DNA of 64,000 nt from an uncultured bacterium. GTDB taxonomy: Bacteria; Patescibacteriota; Saccharimonadia; Saccharimonadales; 2-12-FULL-41-12. This document shows, one piece after another, positions 47,745 to 58,280 of this stretch. The stretch lies in NCBI GenBank assembly GCA_963834265.1, contig CAWIAU010000001.1:652346-716345 (forward strand). Reading direction: 5' to 3'. The position numbers and the translations under genes were made by a program. How positions within the stretch are numbered: position 1 is the first letter of the stretch; each line of letters opens with the position of its first letter. The notes below the pieces were generated by a model that made no database searches, was not told where the DNA came from, and worked only from the letters and a program-made list of their open reading frames with translations.

Positions 47745-48029
47745 CTACTGATTGATATGGCCAAATACAGCTTGGCCATTACATGCTTGAAATCTACCCA
47801 TTATTCCACCAGAAGGACCTCCATCACACGTCTCTGGAACTACGTTTACAATAGTGGTCAAGATTCCTGCAGGTGCCAAACCGTGTTTATCTAAAGCTGT
47901 GTAAAAACTAGTCATTCCTCTAATAATTAACGAATCTGTTGTGTTACGACGTGATTCAATATTTTGTTTTAATGGGCAAACTTTCTCAGGGTCAAAATCA
48001 CAGGCGATTTCTTTCATGATTTCAGTCAT
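47745..48029 (-). CDS. hypothetical 94-aa Cys-containing protein inserted between rpsG and fusA
   Basis: MTEIMKEIACDFDPEKVCPLKQ...PETCDGGPSGGIMGRFQACNGQ, preceded by a strong AGGAGG 6 nt upstream. The longer track ORF (start 48158) is less likely. Confidence 0.5.
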   Translation of the reverse strand: MTEIMKEIACDFDPEKVCPLKQNIESRRNTTDSLIIRGMTSFYTALDKHGLAPAGILTTIVNVVPETCDGGPSGGIMGRFQACNGQAVFGHINQ

Positions 48030-48163
48030 GATATAACCTCCTGAGAGTTTTGTATGGGAGTGCAGTTTGGATATAAATCTGCGTACCAAAAGTGAACAGT
48101 ATCTAGCATACTGTGAACGCGGAACAGAAAATTTAGATTCAAAATGTGCCCCATACAAAAGTC

Positions 48164-48643
48164 TCAGTATCGGGCGAAGTGAGCGAAGGCTCTGTTCGCT
48201 TCTGCCATCTTATGTGCGTCTTCGCGTTTACGAACAGCTGTACCAGCCTCGTTGTATGCGTCCATTAGTTCCTGTGCGATTCGGTCTTCCATGCTCATAC
48301 CTTTGCGGGCACGGGCGGCAGACACAAACCACATTAATGTCAGATGGCTTTGACGCTGGCCTTTAACCTCGAACGGGATCTGGTAGTTGGCACCACCAAC
48401 ACGGCGGGAACGAGTCTCCAGATGGGGCTTGATATTGGCCATAGCTGTGTCAAATACTTCCAGAGGGTTCTGCACTTTCAGTTTGTCGGCTGCTTTTTGC
48501 ATGCCATTGTATACCAACCGTTCGGCAATCTGCTTCTTGCCATCTTGCATAACGCGATTAATCAGACGCTGTACAGCCACACTCTTGTAGACGCGGTCAG
48601 GCGGAATATAACGAATCAGAGTCTTGGTTACTTTACGAGGCAT
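48164..48643 (-). CDS. rpsG: 30S ribosomal protein S7
   Basis: MPRK......PD..Y.S..V.R.IN..M.DGKK..AE.....A......E.RSRRVGGANYQIP.EV. Confidence 0.95.
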   Translation of the reverse strand: MPRKVTKTLIRYIPPDRVYKSVAVQRLINRVMQDGKKQIAERLVYNGMQKAADKLKVQNPLEVFDTAMANIKPHLETRSRRVGGANYQIPFEVKGQRQSHLTLMWFVSAARARKGMSMEDRIAQELMDAYNEAGTAVRKREDAHKMAEANRAFAHFARY

Positions 48644-49057
48644 CTATTTGCTTTCCTTTTTGGCGCCGTATTTGCTGCGCCCCTGCTTGCGATTGCTAAC
48701 GCCCTGGAGGTCCAGGCTGCCACGGACAATGTGGTAACGCACACCCGGAAGATCAGGTACCCGACCGCCCCTTACCAGCACAACGGCATGCTCCTGCAAA
48801 TTGTGGCCTTCGCCGCCGATGTAGGCCCAAACTTCGTAACCATTGGTCAGGCGAACACGGGCGACTTTGCGGAGGGCTGAGTTCGGCTTTTTCGGAGTTT
48901 TGGTGGTTACTTTGACACAAACACCTCGCTTGAATGGAGAAGCCTTCTCGTAGTTCCTTGTCTTGAGGTTATTGACCACACGCTGCATAGCCGGCGACTT
49001 GCTCTTGGAAGTCACCTTAACACGGGGTTTACGGACAAGCTGGTTAATTGTTGGCAT
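48644..49057 (-). CDS. rpsL: 30S ribosomal protein S12
   Basis: MPTINQL.RK.R......KSPA......[60 protein letters not shown]. Confidence 0.97.
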   Translation of the reverse strand: MPTINQLVRKPRVKVTSKSKSPAMQRVVNNLKTRNYEKASPFKRGVCVKVTTKTPKKPNSALRKVARVRLTNGYEVWAYIGGEGHNLQEHAVVLVRGGRVPDLPGVRYHIVRGSLDLQGVSNRKQGRSKYGAKKESK

Positions 49058-49080
49058 GGATTATCCTCATTTTAACATCT

Positions 49081-52000
49081 TTAGACATCCAGATCAACTC
49101 TTTCGCTGTCCGGCAAATCATCGAAATCACCATCCGGACGGTAGCCGGTACCTACAGGAATACGCCGACCCAGAATCACGTTTTCTTTGAGTCCGAACAG
49201 ATGGTCGACTTTGCCACTGGTAGCAGCTGCAATCAGTACGCGGGTCGTATCTTGGAAAGATGCAGCAGACAGGAATGAGTCAGTACTGAGGGAAGCTTTG
49301 GTAATTCCCAGAAGTAACTGGGTTACAATAGCCGGTTCTTTGCCTTCGTTTGCTAATTGTTCGTTGGCATTTACAACTGTCAGTTTGCTCACTACGTCGC
49401 CTGTAACGAATTCGCTGTCTCCGGAATCTTCGATCTGAACCCTCGAGAACAACTGGCGTACGATGATTTCGAGGTGCTTGTCGGCAATATTCTGACCCTG
49501 GCTGGCAAAAATACGAAGAATTTCGTTCATAATGTAACGCTGGGTAGATTCTACACCTTGTAAGCGCATAAGATCATGAAGATTTATCGAACCATTGGTC
49601 AGACGCTGGCCGGCTACGACGGTATCACCGTCTTTGACCAGTATCTGCTTATAGCCGGGAATGTCGTATTTGACAACACTTTGTCCCGCAGGAGTAATGG
49701 TGATGACTTTTTTGTTCATCGATATTTTGCCGGCCACCGGAGCGATCAAGGGACTTTCACCGCCTTCGGCAGCAGCAATGACATCACCGACTGCAACTTC
49801 GGACCCGACTGCAACATGTACTGTGCGCTCTCCGATAGTAAGCTCGCTTGTCTTAGCCTGATCATCAGTAACCTGAACGGCATAATGCTCGCCCTCCTCC
49901 CAAACACTGACCATACCAGGAATATCTGACAGGAAAGCTTTACCCTTAGGTACCCGAACTTCAAACAGCTCTTCAACACGAGGCAAACCCTGAGTAATGT
50001 CATCGGCTACCGCAGCACCACCACTATGGAAGGTTCGCAGAGTCAACTGAGTACCAGGTTCGCCGATACTTTGAGCAGCAATGACACCTACGGGACTATG
50101 ATCAGCAACGAGCTGGCCTGTTGCCGGATCAAGTCCGTAGCTTTTACGGTTGATACCACGAACGGTGCTACAACTTAGAACACTCATTATCCGAACGCCG
50201 TCCAGACTGGTATCGGCTTCGATAGCTGTGGCTGCTTCGCCCGATATGAGTTCACCTTTTTTGACATATTTTGCAATGTTCTCAGCTGCAAATCGCCCTG
50301 CGAGACGCGAGGTGTAGGTAACACCGATCTCAGCCGCATCAGAACGGAACATAGCGAATCCGGGATCTACAGCACCTTCTTCAATCGTAAAGACGTCCTG
50401 AGCGACATCGACCAGACGACGGGTCAGATAACCGGAGTCGGCAGTCTTCAGAGCAGTATCGATCAGGCCTTTGCGCTGACCACGGGTAGAAATGAAGTAT
50501 TCCAGCGGGTTCAGGCCGTCCCTGTAGTTGTTCCTGATAGGTAGCTCCATAGCACGTCCGGAGGCATCTGAGAGGATACCGACAGAACCTATAACCTGCT
50601 TGACCTGCACGATTGAACCACGGGCACCAGACGTGACTGCCAGCGACATTGCGTTATCTTCGTTTGCAAACTGCTCGGTCAGAGCCTTCTGCACCTTGCT
50701 ATCTGCTTCGGTCCAGGTTTCAATAGTCAGTCGATAGCGTTCGTCTTCGGTAATGAAGCCCTGATCGTACTGTTCGCTGACAGCAGTTGCCCGCTTCTCG
50801 CCGGCATCTAATATGACATCCAGCTTCCTGACATCTACAAAGTCACTCATACCCATAGATAATCCGGACTTTGTGGCAAAGGTGAACCCAAGGGTCTTCA
50901 GTTCGTCAGCAATTTCGGCGCTGGCTTCCTGTCCATAACGCTGATAGACTTTGGCCATAATCTGAGCCAGCTTCTTTTTAGTTGTCGGCTCATCCTGGAA
51001 CTCGAAGTCCTGCGGAAAAATTTCGTTGAACAGGAAGCGACCCAGAGTACTTTCCCGTTTACTGCCGCGGTAGTTTATGGATATGCGATCCTGCAAAGCT
51101 AATCCGCCGCCATCAAAAGCCATCAAAGCTTCTGCCAAAGCCGAATACGGTTTCGCTACCTGACTTGCGCCGGGGCGCTCATAGGTAAGATAGTAACAAC
51201 CGAGCACAATATCCTGTTCGATGTGAAGAATGGGTGTACCATCTGCAGGCTTAAGTAGGTTCTTGTTGGCAGCCATAATATCGCGGGCTTCAGCCTGAGC
51301 ACGGTCTGACAGAGGCAGATGGACAGCCATCTGGTCACCGTCAAAGTCGGCATTGAAACCTTTACAAACCAGTGGGTGCAACTGGATAGCTTTCCCCTCA
51401 ATCAATACGGGCTGGAAAGCCTGAATACTAAGACGGTGCAAAGAAGGCGCGCGGTTCAGAAGAACGTACTTACCTTTGATTACTTCATCCAGAGCATCCC
51501 AGACGGCTACTTCCCCAGCTTCAATCATACGGGTAGCGCTACGAATATTATGAGCGAGTTCCTGCTGGATCAGCTGACCAATTACGAAGGGCTTGAAGAG
51601 CTCGAGTGCCATCATTTTTGGCAAACCGCACTGAAACATTTTAAGCTCAGGTCCGGACACGATAACAGAACGGCCGGAATAATCCACCCGCTTCCCGAGA
51701 AGGTTCTGACGGAAGCGGCCTTGTTTGCCCTTGAGCATATCACTGAGAGATTTAAGGCGTCGTCGTCTGACCGGTGGCTGCAACTGCACGACCGCTGCGA
51801 GCCGAACTGTTGTCGATCAATGCATCCACAGCTTCCTGTAACATACGCTGCTCATTACGTCGAATGACTTCGGGAGCATTCAGGTCGATCAGCTTCTTTA
51901 AGCCGTTATTTCGATTGATAACTCGTCGGTAGAGGTCATTCAGATCAGATGTAGCGAATCGTCCACCTGTCAGCTGAACCATCGGACGAAGATCCGGAGG

Positions 52001-52903
52001 AATTACCGGCAGAACTGACACACACATGCTTGTCGGCTTGATCCCGGCACGTTCCATGCTCTCGAGCAATCGCAGACGCTTCATGATTTTCTTTTTGCGC
52101 TGACCTTTTGCTTCTTCAGCTTCTGTGCTGAGGCTTGCGATAAGCGCAGACAGGTTGATTTCAAACAAAAGATCTTTCAGTGCCGCACCACCCATACCCA
52201 CGGTTACCAGATTTTGTAACTCTGACGGCATTGACCTGTAGTCATTCTCGCTTATGAGATGAAGCTTTACGAGGCCTGTCAGTTGTTCTTTCAGCGTATC
52301 GAATTCTTCCTGCACTTCTTCCAGCTCTTTAGTCTGCATCTCAGCCAGGGCTTTAACATTCGCATCTTCTTTGGCTGCATCGGCTTCGTAACGGGCTTTG
52401 ATTGCCTGCTGAGCAGCGGCAAATTCGGCTTCTTTATCAGTTAGCATAGTGTCGCGTTTTGCGGCATCGACAGACTTAATGATATAACTCGCAAAGTAAG
52501 CCACACGTTCGAGACTCTTTACAGTCAGGCCCAGCAACAGTCCCACTGCACTTGGTGTGCCCCGGAGGAACCATATGTGAGCAACCGGCGAAGCCAAAGT
52601 AATGTGGCCCATTCGTTCACGGCGGACAATCGAGCGCGTTACTAGTTCGCCATTTTTATCAACAGCAGCTTCGCGTGACCGAACCCCCTTGTATTTTGCG
52701 TCATGGGGATTTATGTCTTTGACGGGACCAAATATCCGTTCGCAGAACAATCCGTCACGCTCCGGCTTCTGCGTTCTGTAGTTAATAGTTTCGGGCTTGG
52801 TAACTTCGCCGTAACTCCATTCCAGAATATCGTCAGGACTGGCAACAGCCAGACGCACCGCATCAAAATCGGCAATATTTGTACCAGTCATATATCGGCG
52901 CAT
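49081..52903 (-). CDS. rpoC: DNA-directed RNA polymerase beta-prime subunit, interrupted by one frameshift near 51752-51775
   Basis: The upstream ORF ends ...[23 protein letters not shown]. The +1 frame continues [37 protein letters not shown] and contains [12 protein letters not shown]. Start chosen at MRRYMTGT (52903), 1 nt after the rpoB stop. Confidence 0.93.
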
Positions 52904-52904
52904 G

Positions 52905-55900
52905 CTATACCTCTTCTTTCGTATCATCACCATTGACAACAGTTACTTCAATATCATCCTCAGCCGCAATGACTGACTCGTCATCACTTACCGCAGTCGT
53001 AGCCGGCATATCATCTTCGAGTTCCATCACCATGAACTCATTTACAGAAGCATCTTCACTGACATCAACATTGCTGGCTTCCGGTGCCGGCACATCCACA
53101 CTGGACGGGGCGGCAGCTTCGTCTTTAATATTCTCGGCCAGAACTTCTTCAGCATCTATCACCTGGTTGCTGGATATCAGGTCAACTTTAAGTCCCAGAC
53201 CCTGTAGTTCTTTCACAAGCACGTTAAAGCTCTCAGGAACTTTTGGTCCGACAATTTCGGTCTGCTTAATGATTGATTCATACGCTTTGGACCGGCCATA
53301 TACATCATCGGATTTAATGGTCAGCATTTCCTGCAAAGTATTAGCAGCCCCATAAGCCTCAAGTGCCCATACTTCCATTTCACCGAATCTCTGGCCACCA
53401 TTCTGAGCTTTGCCGCCAAGTGGCTGCTGGGTAACCATGGTGTACGGACCGGTTGAACGGGCATGGATCTTGTCGGTCACCATGTGAGTCAGCTTCAACA
53501 TGTACATATTGCCGACGACAGTTCGTTCTTTGAACGCTTCGCCTGTACGGCCATCATACAGCTGTTGCTTGCCGTCTTCCGGGAAACCGGCTTCTTTCAG
53601 GAGGTCTTTAATCTTTTGAGTAGTAACACCATTAAATGACGGCGTAGCTACCTTTATACCCAGAGCACGGGCGGCCATACCAAGGTGAGTCTCAAATAAC
53701 TGACCCAGATTCATACGACTCGGAACGCCTAGGGGGTTCAGTACAATATCGACAGGTATGCCATCCTCAGTAAAAGGCATATCCTCAGGAGGCAAAATAC
53801 GGGCAATGACACCTTTGTTACCATGTCTTCCTGCAAGCTTATCGCCTACCTGTATTTTGCGCATCTGAGCCACAAAAACCTGAATCTGCATAATCACGCC
53901 GGCTTTCAGCTCATGGCCGTTGGCACGCGAAAAAATTTTGACGCCGACAACTTTGCCGTGCTTACCGTTACTCATACGCTGTGATGTATCCCGAACTTCT
54001 TTGGCCTTCTCGCCAAAGATGGCGCGTAGCAGACGTTCTTCGCTTGATAATTCCTGCTCGCCTTTTGGCGTAATTTTACCTACCAGAATATCTCCAGGGT
54101 GCACTTCCGCACCGATTCTAACGATGCCTGTTTCATCTAAATGCCGCAGAGCATCTTCACTGACATTCGGAATATCGCTGGTAACTACTTCAGGTCCCAG
54201 TTTAGTCTCACGGACTTCCGTCATGTAATCAACGATGTGGATACTGGTCAACGCATCATCTTGCACAAGTTTGCGCGACACAACCATAGCGTCTTCGAAG
54301 TTATATCCGTTCCATGGCATGAATGCCACCATCAGATCACGGCCCAAAGCTAATTCTCCGTCTTCGATTGACATACCTTCAACCAGCACGTCACCTTTTT
54401 TGACCTTTGCCCCGGTGTCAATCACAACCCGCTGATTGATAGATGTACCTTCGTTGCTTCTTACATAGTGCATCGGTTTATAGGTCGTTTTGTGCTTCGC
54501 ATATTGTAAAATTACCTCGTCAGCAGAAGCTGCCAGAACGGTTCCATCACCTTCCGCATATATAACCTGCCCACTGTTGGCAGCAATCGTGGCTTCCAAT
54601 CCGGTTCCGACAATCGGTGCCTTAGGACGAATCAGTGGTACGGCTTGTTTCTGTTGGTTTGACCCTACCAAAGCACGGTCCACGCGGTCACGTTCTACAA
54701 AAGGAACGAGGCCGGCAATCGAACCGATAATCTGATTATGTGCGGCGTCGATGTGAGTTACATCGTCCGCATCAGTTTCGCCTACAGCCAGCCGTACACG
54801 GGCAGCAACACGCTGTTCCTCAAAGTGTCCGTTACCATCAACTTTGTTGCCGACACCGGCGATAACCGCGTGGTCTTCGTCAGCGGCACCCAGATAAATA
54901 ATTTCATTAGTTACAACAGCTTTGACAGGCCATGTCTTACGGGACTTAACTGCTTCCAGCTTTTTGGCATCAGCCGCGGTAACAGTCTTGCCTTTAGCCA
55001 CGAGTAATTTGCCTTTTTCGTCTTCCAGATCAACGGCGGCTATATGACCGGTGATATCTTTAGGTGTGGCCGCATTTGTAACCTTTCGGTAAGGAGTCTC
55101 AATAAAACCGTAGTCATTAATTCGGGCATAGTTGGCGAGATTAAGCACCAGGCCGATGTTTGCGCCTTCAGGTGTCTCAACAGCGCAGATGCGTCCGTAG
55201 TGTGTAGCATGAGCATCACGTACTTCAAAACCGGCTCGCTCGCGTGAAAGTCCGCCGGGACCCATTGAGCTCAGGCGACGTTTGTGCGCCAATTCGCTGA
55301 CAGGGTTGATCTGATCCATGAACTGGCTGAGCTGCGAACTGGCGAAGAATTCACGAACTGCAGCTACCACAGGACGCGCATTAATAAGCTGCCCCGGAGT
55401 GACAGTCTCAATCTCGGACATGCTCATGCGGTCTTTCGTATTGCGTTCCATACGCAGTAATCCTATACGGAACTGACGCTGTACCAGCTCGCCGACCAGT
55501 TTGACACGACGATTAGCCAGACTGTCGATATCATCAGCTGGTTCTCCGGTGTTGCTCAGGCGAATTATTTCGGCAACGATAGCTGTCAGATCCTCCAGAC
55601 GCATGATACGGTTTTCGGCCGTATTAGGAACATCGAGATCAAGACGCTTGTTGATTTTGTAACGGCCCACGCGGGAGAAATCAAACCGCTTAAAGTTATA
55701 AAACATGTTTTCTATAAGAGAACGTGCATTATCGACAGTAGCCAGATCACCAGGGCGCAGACGGCGATAGACTTCGATCAGTGCCTCGCTGGTAGTGCCG
55801 GACGGATCTTTTTCCAGAGTTGTCGCCAGGTAGCTCATTTTGCCCTGATCAACATGTTTGAACGTGTCCTTCATCTGAGCTTCGCTCATGCCAAGAGCAC

Positions 55901-56486
55901 GCAGCAAGGTTGTAACCGGAATTTTGCGTTTACGATCAATTTTGACAAATAGCGTACCATTAGCAGCTGTTTCGAATTCCAGCCATGCACCGCGCCCGGG
56001 AATAACTTTGGCACCATAGAGTGTACGATTAGCACCTACTTCGGCAGTAAAGAACACCCCGGCCGATCGGATAAGCTGACTGACAACAACACGCTCAGCG
56101 CCATTTATTACAAATGTTCCACGGGTTGTCATCCAGGGAAAGTCACCCAGATAGATTTCATGGCTTTTGACTTCGCCTGTTACTTTATTGGTCAATTCAA
56201 CAGTTGCTTTGAGAGGCGCCTCATAGCTAACGTTATTTTCGCGGGCTTCTGCCTCGCTCATTTTAGGATCTTCGAAGTGATATTCCTTGAATGCCAGTGA
56301 TAATTTGGTGCCGGTGTAGTCATCGATAGGACTAATCTCGGCCAGCAGTTCACCCAGACCTTCCTCGACAAACCACTGGAAAGACCGGTTCTGATGGTCT
56401 ACCAGATTTGGAAGTTCCAGCACTGATTCGACCTGATTAAAAAATGTTCTCTTGGTATTTGATTCTCGTGTCGCGGATTTCGCCAT
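52905..56486 (-). CDS. rpoB: DNA-directed RNA polymerase beta subunit (acidic C-terminal tail)
   Basis: VLELPNLVDHQ..SFQWF N-terminus, GRHGNKGV, and NPLGVPSRMN(L)GQ. Start moved to MAKSATRES (56486). Confidence 0.95.
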   Translation of the reverse strand: MAKSATRESNTKRTFFNQVESVLELPNLVDHQNRSFQWFVEEGLGELLAEISPIDDYTGTKLSLAFKEYHFEDPKMSEAEARENNVSYEAPLKATVELTNKVTGEVKSHEIYLGDFPWMTTRGTFVINGAERVVVSQLIRSAGVFFTAEVGANRTLYGAKVIPGRGAWLEFETAANGTLFVKIDRKRKIPVTTLLRALGMSEAQMKDTFKHVDQGKMSYLATTLEKDPSGTTSEALIEVYRRLRPGDLATVDNARSLIENMFYNFKRFDFSRVGRYKINKRLDLDVPNTAENRIMRLEDLTAIVAEIIRLSNTGEPADDIDSLANRRVKLVGELVQRQFRIGLLRMERNTKDRMSMSEIETVTPGQLINARPVVAAVREFFASSQLSQFMDQINPVSELAHKRRLSSMGPGGLSRERAGFEVRDAHATHYGRICAVETPEGANIGLVLNLANYARINDYGFIETPYRKVTNAATPKDITGHIAAVDLEDEKGKLLVAKGKTVTAADAKKLEAVKSRKTWPVKAVVTNEIIYLGAADEDHAVIAGVGNKVDGNGHFEEQRVAARVRLAVGETDADDVTHIDAAHNQIIGSIAGLVPFVERDRVDRALVGSNQQKQAVPLIRPKAPIVGTGLEATIAANSGQVIYAEGDGTVLAASADEVILQYAKHKTTYKPMHYVRSNEGTSINQRVVIDTGAKVKKGDVLVEGMSIEDGELALGRDLMVAFMPWNGYNFEDAMVVSRKLVQDDALTSIHIVDYMTEVRETKLGPEVVTSDIPNVSEDALRHLDETGIVRIGAEVHPGDILVGKITPKGEQELSSEERLLRAIFGEKAKEVRDTSQRMSNGKHGKVVGVKIFSRANGHELKAGVIMQIQVFVAQMRKIQVGDKLAGRHGNKGVIARILPPEDMPFTEDGIPVDIVLNPLGVPSRMNLGQLFETHLGMAARALGIKVATPSFNGVTTQKIKDLLKEAGFPEDGKQQLYDGRTGEAFKERTVVGNMYMLKLTHMVTDKIHARSTGPYTMVTQQPLGGKAQNGGQRFGEMEVWALEAYGAANTLQEMLTIKSDDVYGRSKAYESIIKQTEIVGPKVPESFNVLVKELQGLGLKVDLISSNQVIDAEEVLAENIKDEAAAPSSVDVPAPEASNVDVSEDASVNEFMVMELEDDMPATTAVSDDESVIAAEDDIEVTVVNGDDTKEEV

Positions 56487-56951
56487 ATTGTGTAGTGTTA
56501 CTCCCCTGAGTTGGAACAGGATGATTATACCGGCAAAAGCCAAATAGACCACCTTGCTTTGGATTGATAAATTTATGTATACAAATTCAAATGAACTTGT
56601 ATAATATTTTGATTTTTCTTTCTTTGGCGCCGAAGATTCCTGCGTACGGTGTTGTAATTTTGTTGCCTAAATTCAGGACACTTCAATACCGCCGACCACT
56701 ACTTCTTATACTAAACTATACCGAACTCCCACACCACATGTCAAGCCAAAAGTTGATAAACGAATGGGCTCATTTGGGAAACATGGCGTTGTGGCGCCTT
56801 CTGGCTACTAGTTTCAATCCCGGACTAGCAACGTGCACTAAAATAAAGCAGTATGGTTTTATGATTTTTATTTTTTTGATGTCTAAACGATTACTAGAGC
56901 ATCAATATATACTGAATTTTACAATGTTTTGATATCTTTAAAGCTGACTAA

Positions 56952-57170
56952 TTAAGTAAAATACTTTACGGCAAAACTAACCCCAAGGATGGTACCTAGG
57001 GCAACGCAACCCAACGTAACTAACGGTGAAACTTTGCCCAGCTTGGATATTAAACTCGGTTCGTTACTTATTGACCGTCGCATCAAGTAAATTCCTGCCA
57101 CAAACATAGTCACGAGCAACAAGCAGCCTGCGATTCCAAGTAAAGGGTTCCTATCAAATTGGACACTCAA
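56952..57170 (-). CDS. possible small two-TM membrane protein (TTG start)
   Basis: Two hydrophobic segments, but a TTG start and no clear ribosome-binding site. Confidence 0.3.
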   Translation of the reverse strand: MSVQFDRNPLLGIAGCLLLVTMFVAGIYLMRRSISNEPSLISKLGKVSPLVTLGCVALGTILGVSFAVKYFT

Positions 57171-57176
57171 CAGAGT

Positions 57177-57210
57177 TAGATCGGTTCCCTAGACCGGTCT
57201 TTTTCTTTTA
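57177..57210 (+). terminator. orphan plus-strand hairpin plus T-tract
   Basis: agatcggt-tccctag-accggtct (8 bp including one G-U pair) followed by ttttctttt. No convincing plus-strand gene lies upstream. Confidence 0.35.
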
Positions 57211-57432
57211 CTTCTTAAGACACTTCACCATTCCTCGGTTCGAGTCTACTCTACAATTAGACTAGTAATCGTTCGGACCGGCTGTATTTAATATATTTAA
57301 TGGGATCGACTTCTTGGACTGGTTCTAGATCCGACCAATCTCTTCATAGGGAATAGACGGTATTAAACCCGATCCGGTTCCATGACCGTTCTGAGGCTTG
57401 CCAGTCAGGGATGTAATGCTTAGGTTAAAAAC

Positions 57433-57966
57433 CTATAAACCCCAGAGCGTAACCCACCAAGGCACATCGGCCGTAACTACGGGCGCTACCGGCAACTCAC
57501 AGTTACTTATAGTACCGTTCGTGCCTTTATAGCATTCATCACTTCCAGCCCCGCCATTGACGGTTGAGTTGCCACTTCCGGACAGGTAGTCATTGCCACC
57601 GTTTCCGTTAATTTGTTGGCCGCCGGGGCTTTTATCATACACTTTGTCATTACCCGCACCAGCATTTGTAGTATTGCCCCAACCCTTCAGGATAATTACG
57701 TCATCACCGCCATTGCCTTCAATAGCGTTTACTGCTCCGGCCACGATGCAGTCATTGCCGCCCTTGCCATCAACCGAGTTAGAGTCTCCGGCAAAAATCA
57801 AATCATTTCCAGCCGTACCGACTATAGCGCTGGCGCTGCCTCCCTCAATGGTTTTGGTGTAAGTGCCCGTGCACTCTGCCGGTTTGACGGGTACCGCTAC
57901 AGCTGCTCCGGATAATCCGAATACCAAACCCGCGCTCAATGCTATTAGTTGTATAAATTTTTTCAT
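57433..57966 (-). CDS. secreted protein with RTX/hemolysin-type calcium-binding-like Gly/Asp repeats
   Basis: Signal peptide MKKFIQLIALSAGLVFGLSGAAVA. Repeats GTAGNDLIFAGD, GKGGNDCIVAG, GNGGDDVIIL, AGAGNDKVY, GNGGNDYLSG, GGAGSD. GGGGGA ribosome-binding site upstream. Confidence 0.7.
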   Translation of the reverse strand: MKKFIQLIALSAGLVFGLSGAAVAVPVKPAECTGTYTKTIEGGSASAIVGTAGNDLIFAGDSNSVDGKGGNDCIVAGAVNAIEGNGGDDVIILKGWGNTTNAGAGNDKVYDKSPGGQQINGNGGNDYLSGSGNSTVNGGAGSDECYKGTNGTISNCELPVAPVVTADVPWWVTLWGL

Positions 57967-57976
57967 CGATTCCCCC

Positions 57977-58105
57977 TTATTCTTTCCTCTTATGTCTACT
58001 CAGTATATCAAGCTCTAAGAAATGCTGGCAAGCGATTCTGTTTCGGTTGCTTTTGTTCAGGCTTAGCCGCTGTTGTTGCAAATACTCTTCAAGTGATTGA
58101 ATCAC
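57977..58105 (-). pseudogene. degenerate third immunity-like start (42-aa ORF, GTG start)
   Basis: My translation: VIQSLEEYLQQQRLSL...*. The first ~30 nt resemble the [11 protein letters not shown] start of the two paralogues. It is preceded by the toxin-tail remnant SSKAAGCR*. Confidence 0.3.
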
Positions 58106-58111
58106 CTACAA

Positions 58112-58191
58112 CCTGCCGCCTTACTACTTTAGGATAAAACTTAGCCATAATTAATACTCTGGGATATTTTTTGGTATTGGTTTGTCATTTA
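58112..58191 (-). repeat. junction repeat copy A (3' end of the 59673..60068-type gene + spacer + toxin-tail remnant)
   Basis: 58128-58191 is identical by eye (64/64) to 59650-59713, and 58112-58123 (cctgccgcctta) is identical to 59634-59645 and 60367-60378. Confidence 0.85.
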
Positions 58192-58280
58192 TAACGACAT
58201 AGCCCCCTCTTTTATCATTTGATACTACAAATATTCATGATTGATATTATGTCATTTTGCTTAGTTGTAAATTTTATTCA

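Noticed and set aside
25400-56552. Dozens of 60-180-aa plus-strand ORFs in the supplied track that lie antisense to the ribosomal, rpo, tuf and fusA genes, for example 28341..28880, 36366..36791, 45807..46343, 48344..48880, 51319..51867, 52879..53355 and 53920..54228.
   Set aside because: Each lies fully inside a strongly conserved minus-strand gene and has low-complexity or Ser/Arg/Cys-rich composition with no motifs. These are typical shadow ORFs on the antisense strand of highly expressed genes.
56564-56932. The 122-aa plus-strand ORF upstream of rpoB, and a tRNA-like T-arm look-alike (ctagtttcaatcccggactag) near 56809-56829.
   Set aside because: The ORF is AT-rich with an implausible Ile/Leu/Phe-rich sequence and no ribosome-binding site. 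The T-arm-like hairpin has no acceptor, D or anticodon arms around it.
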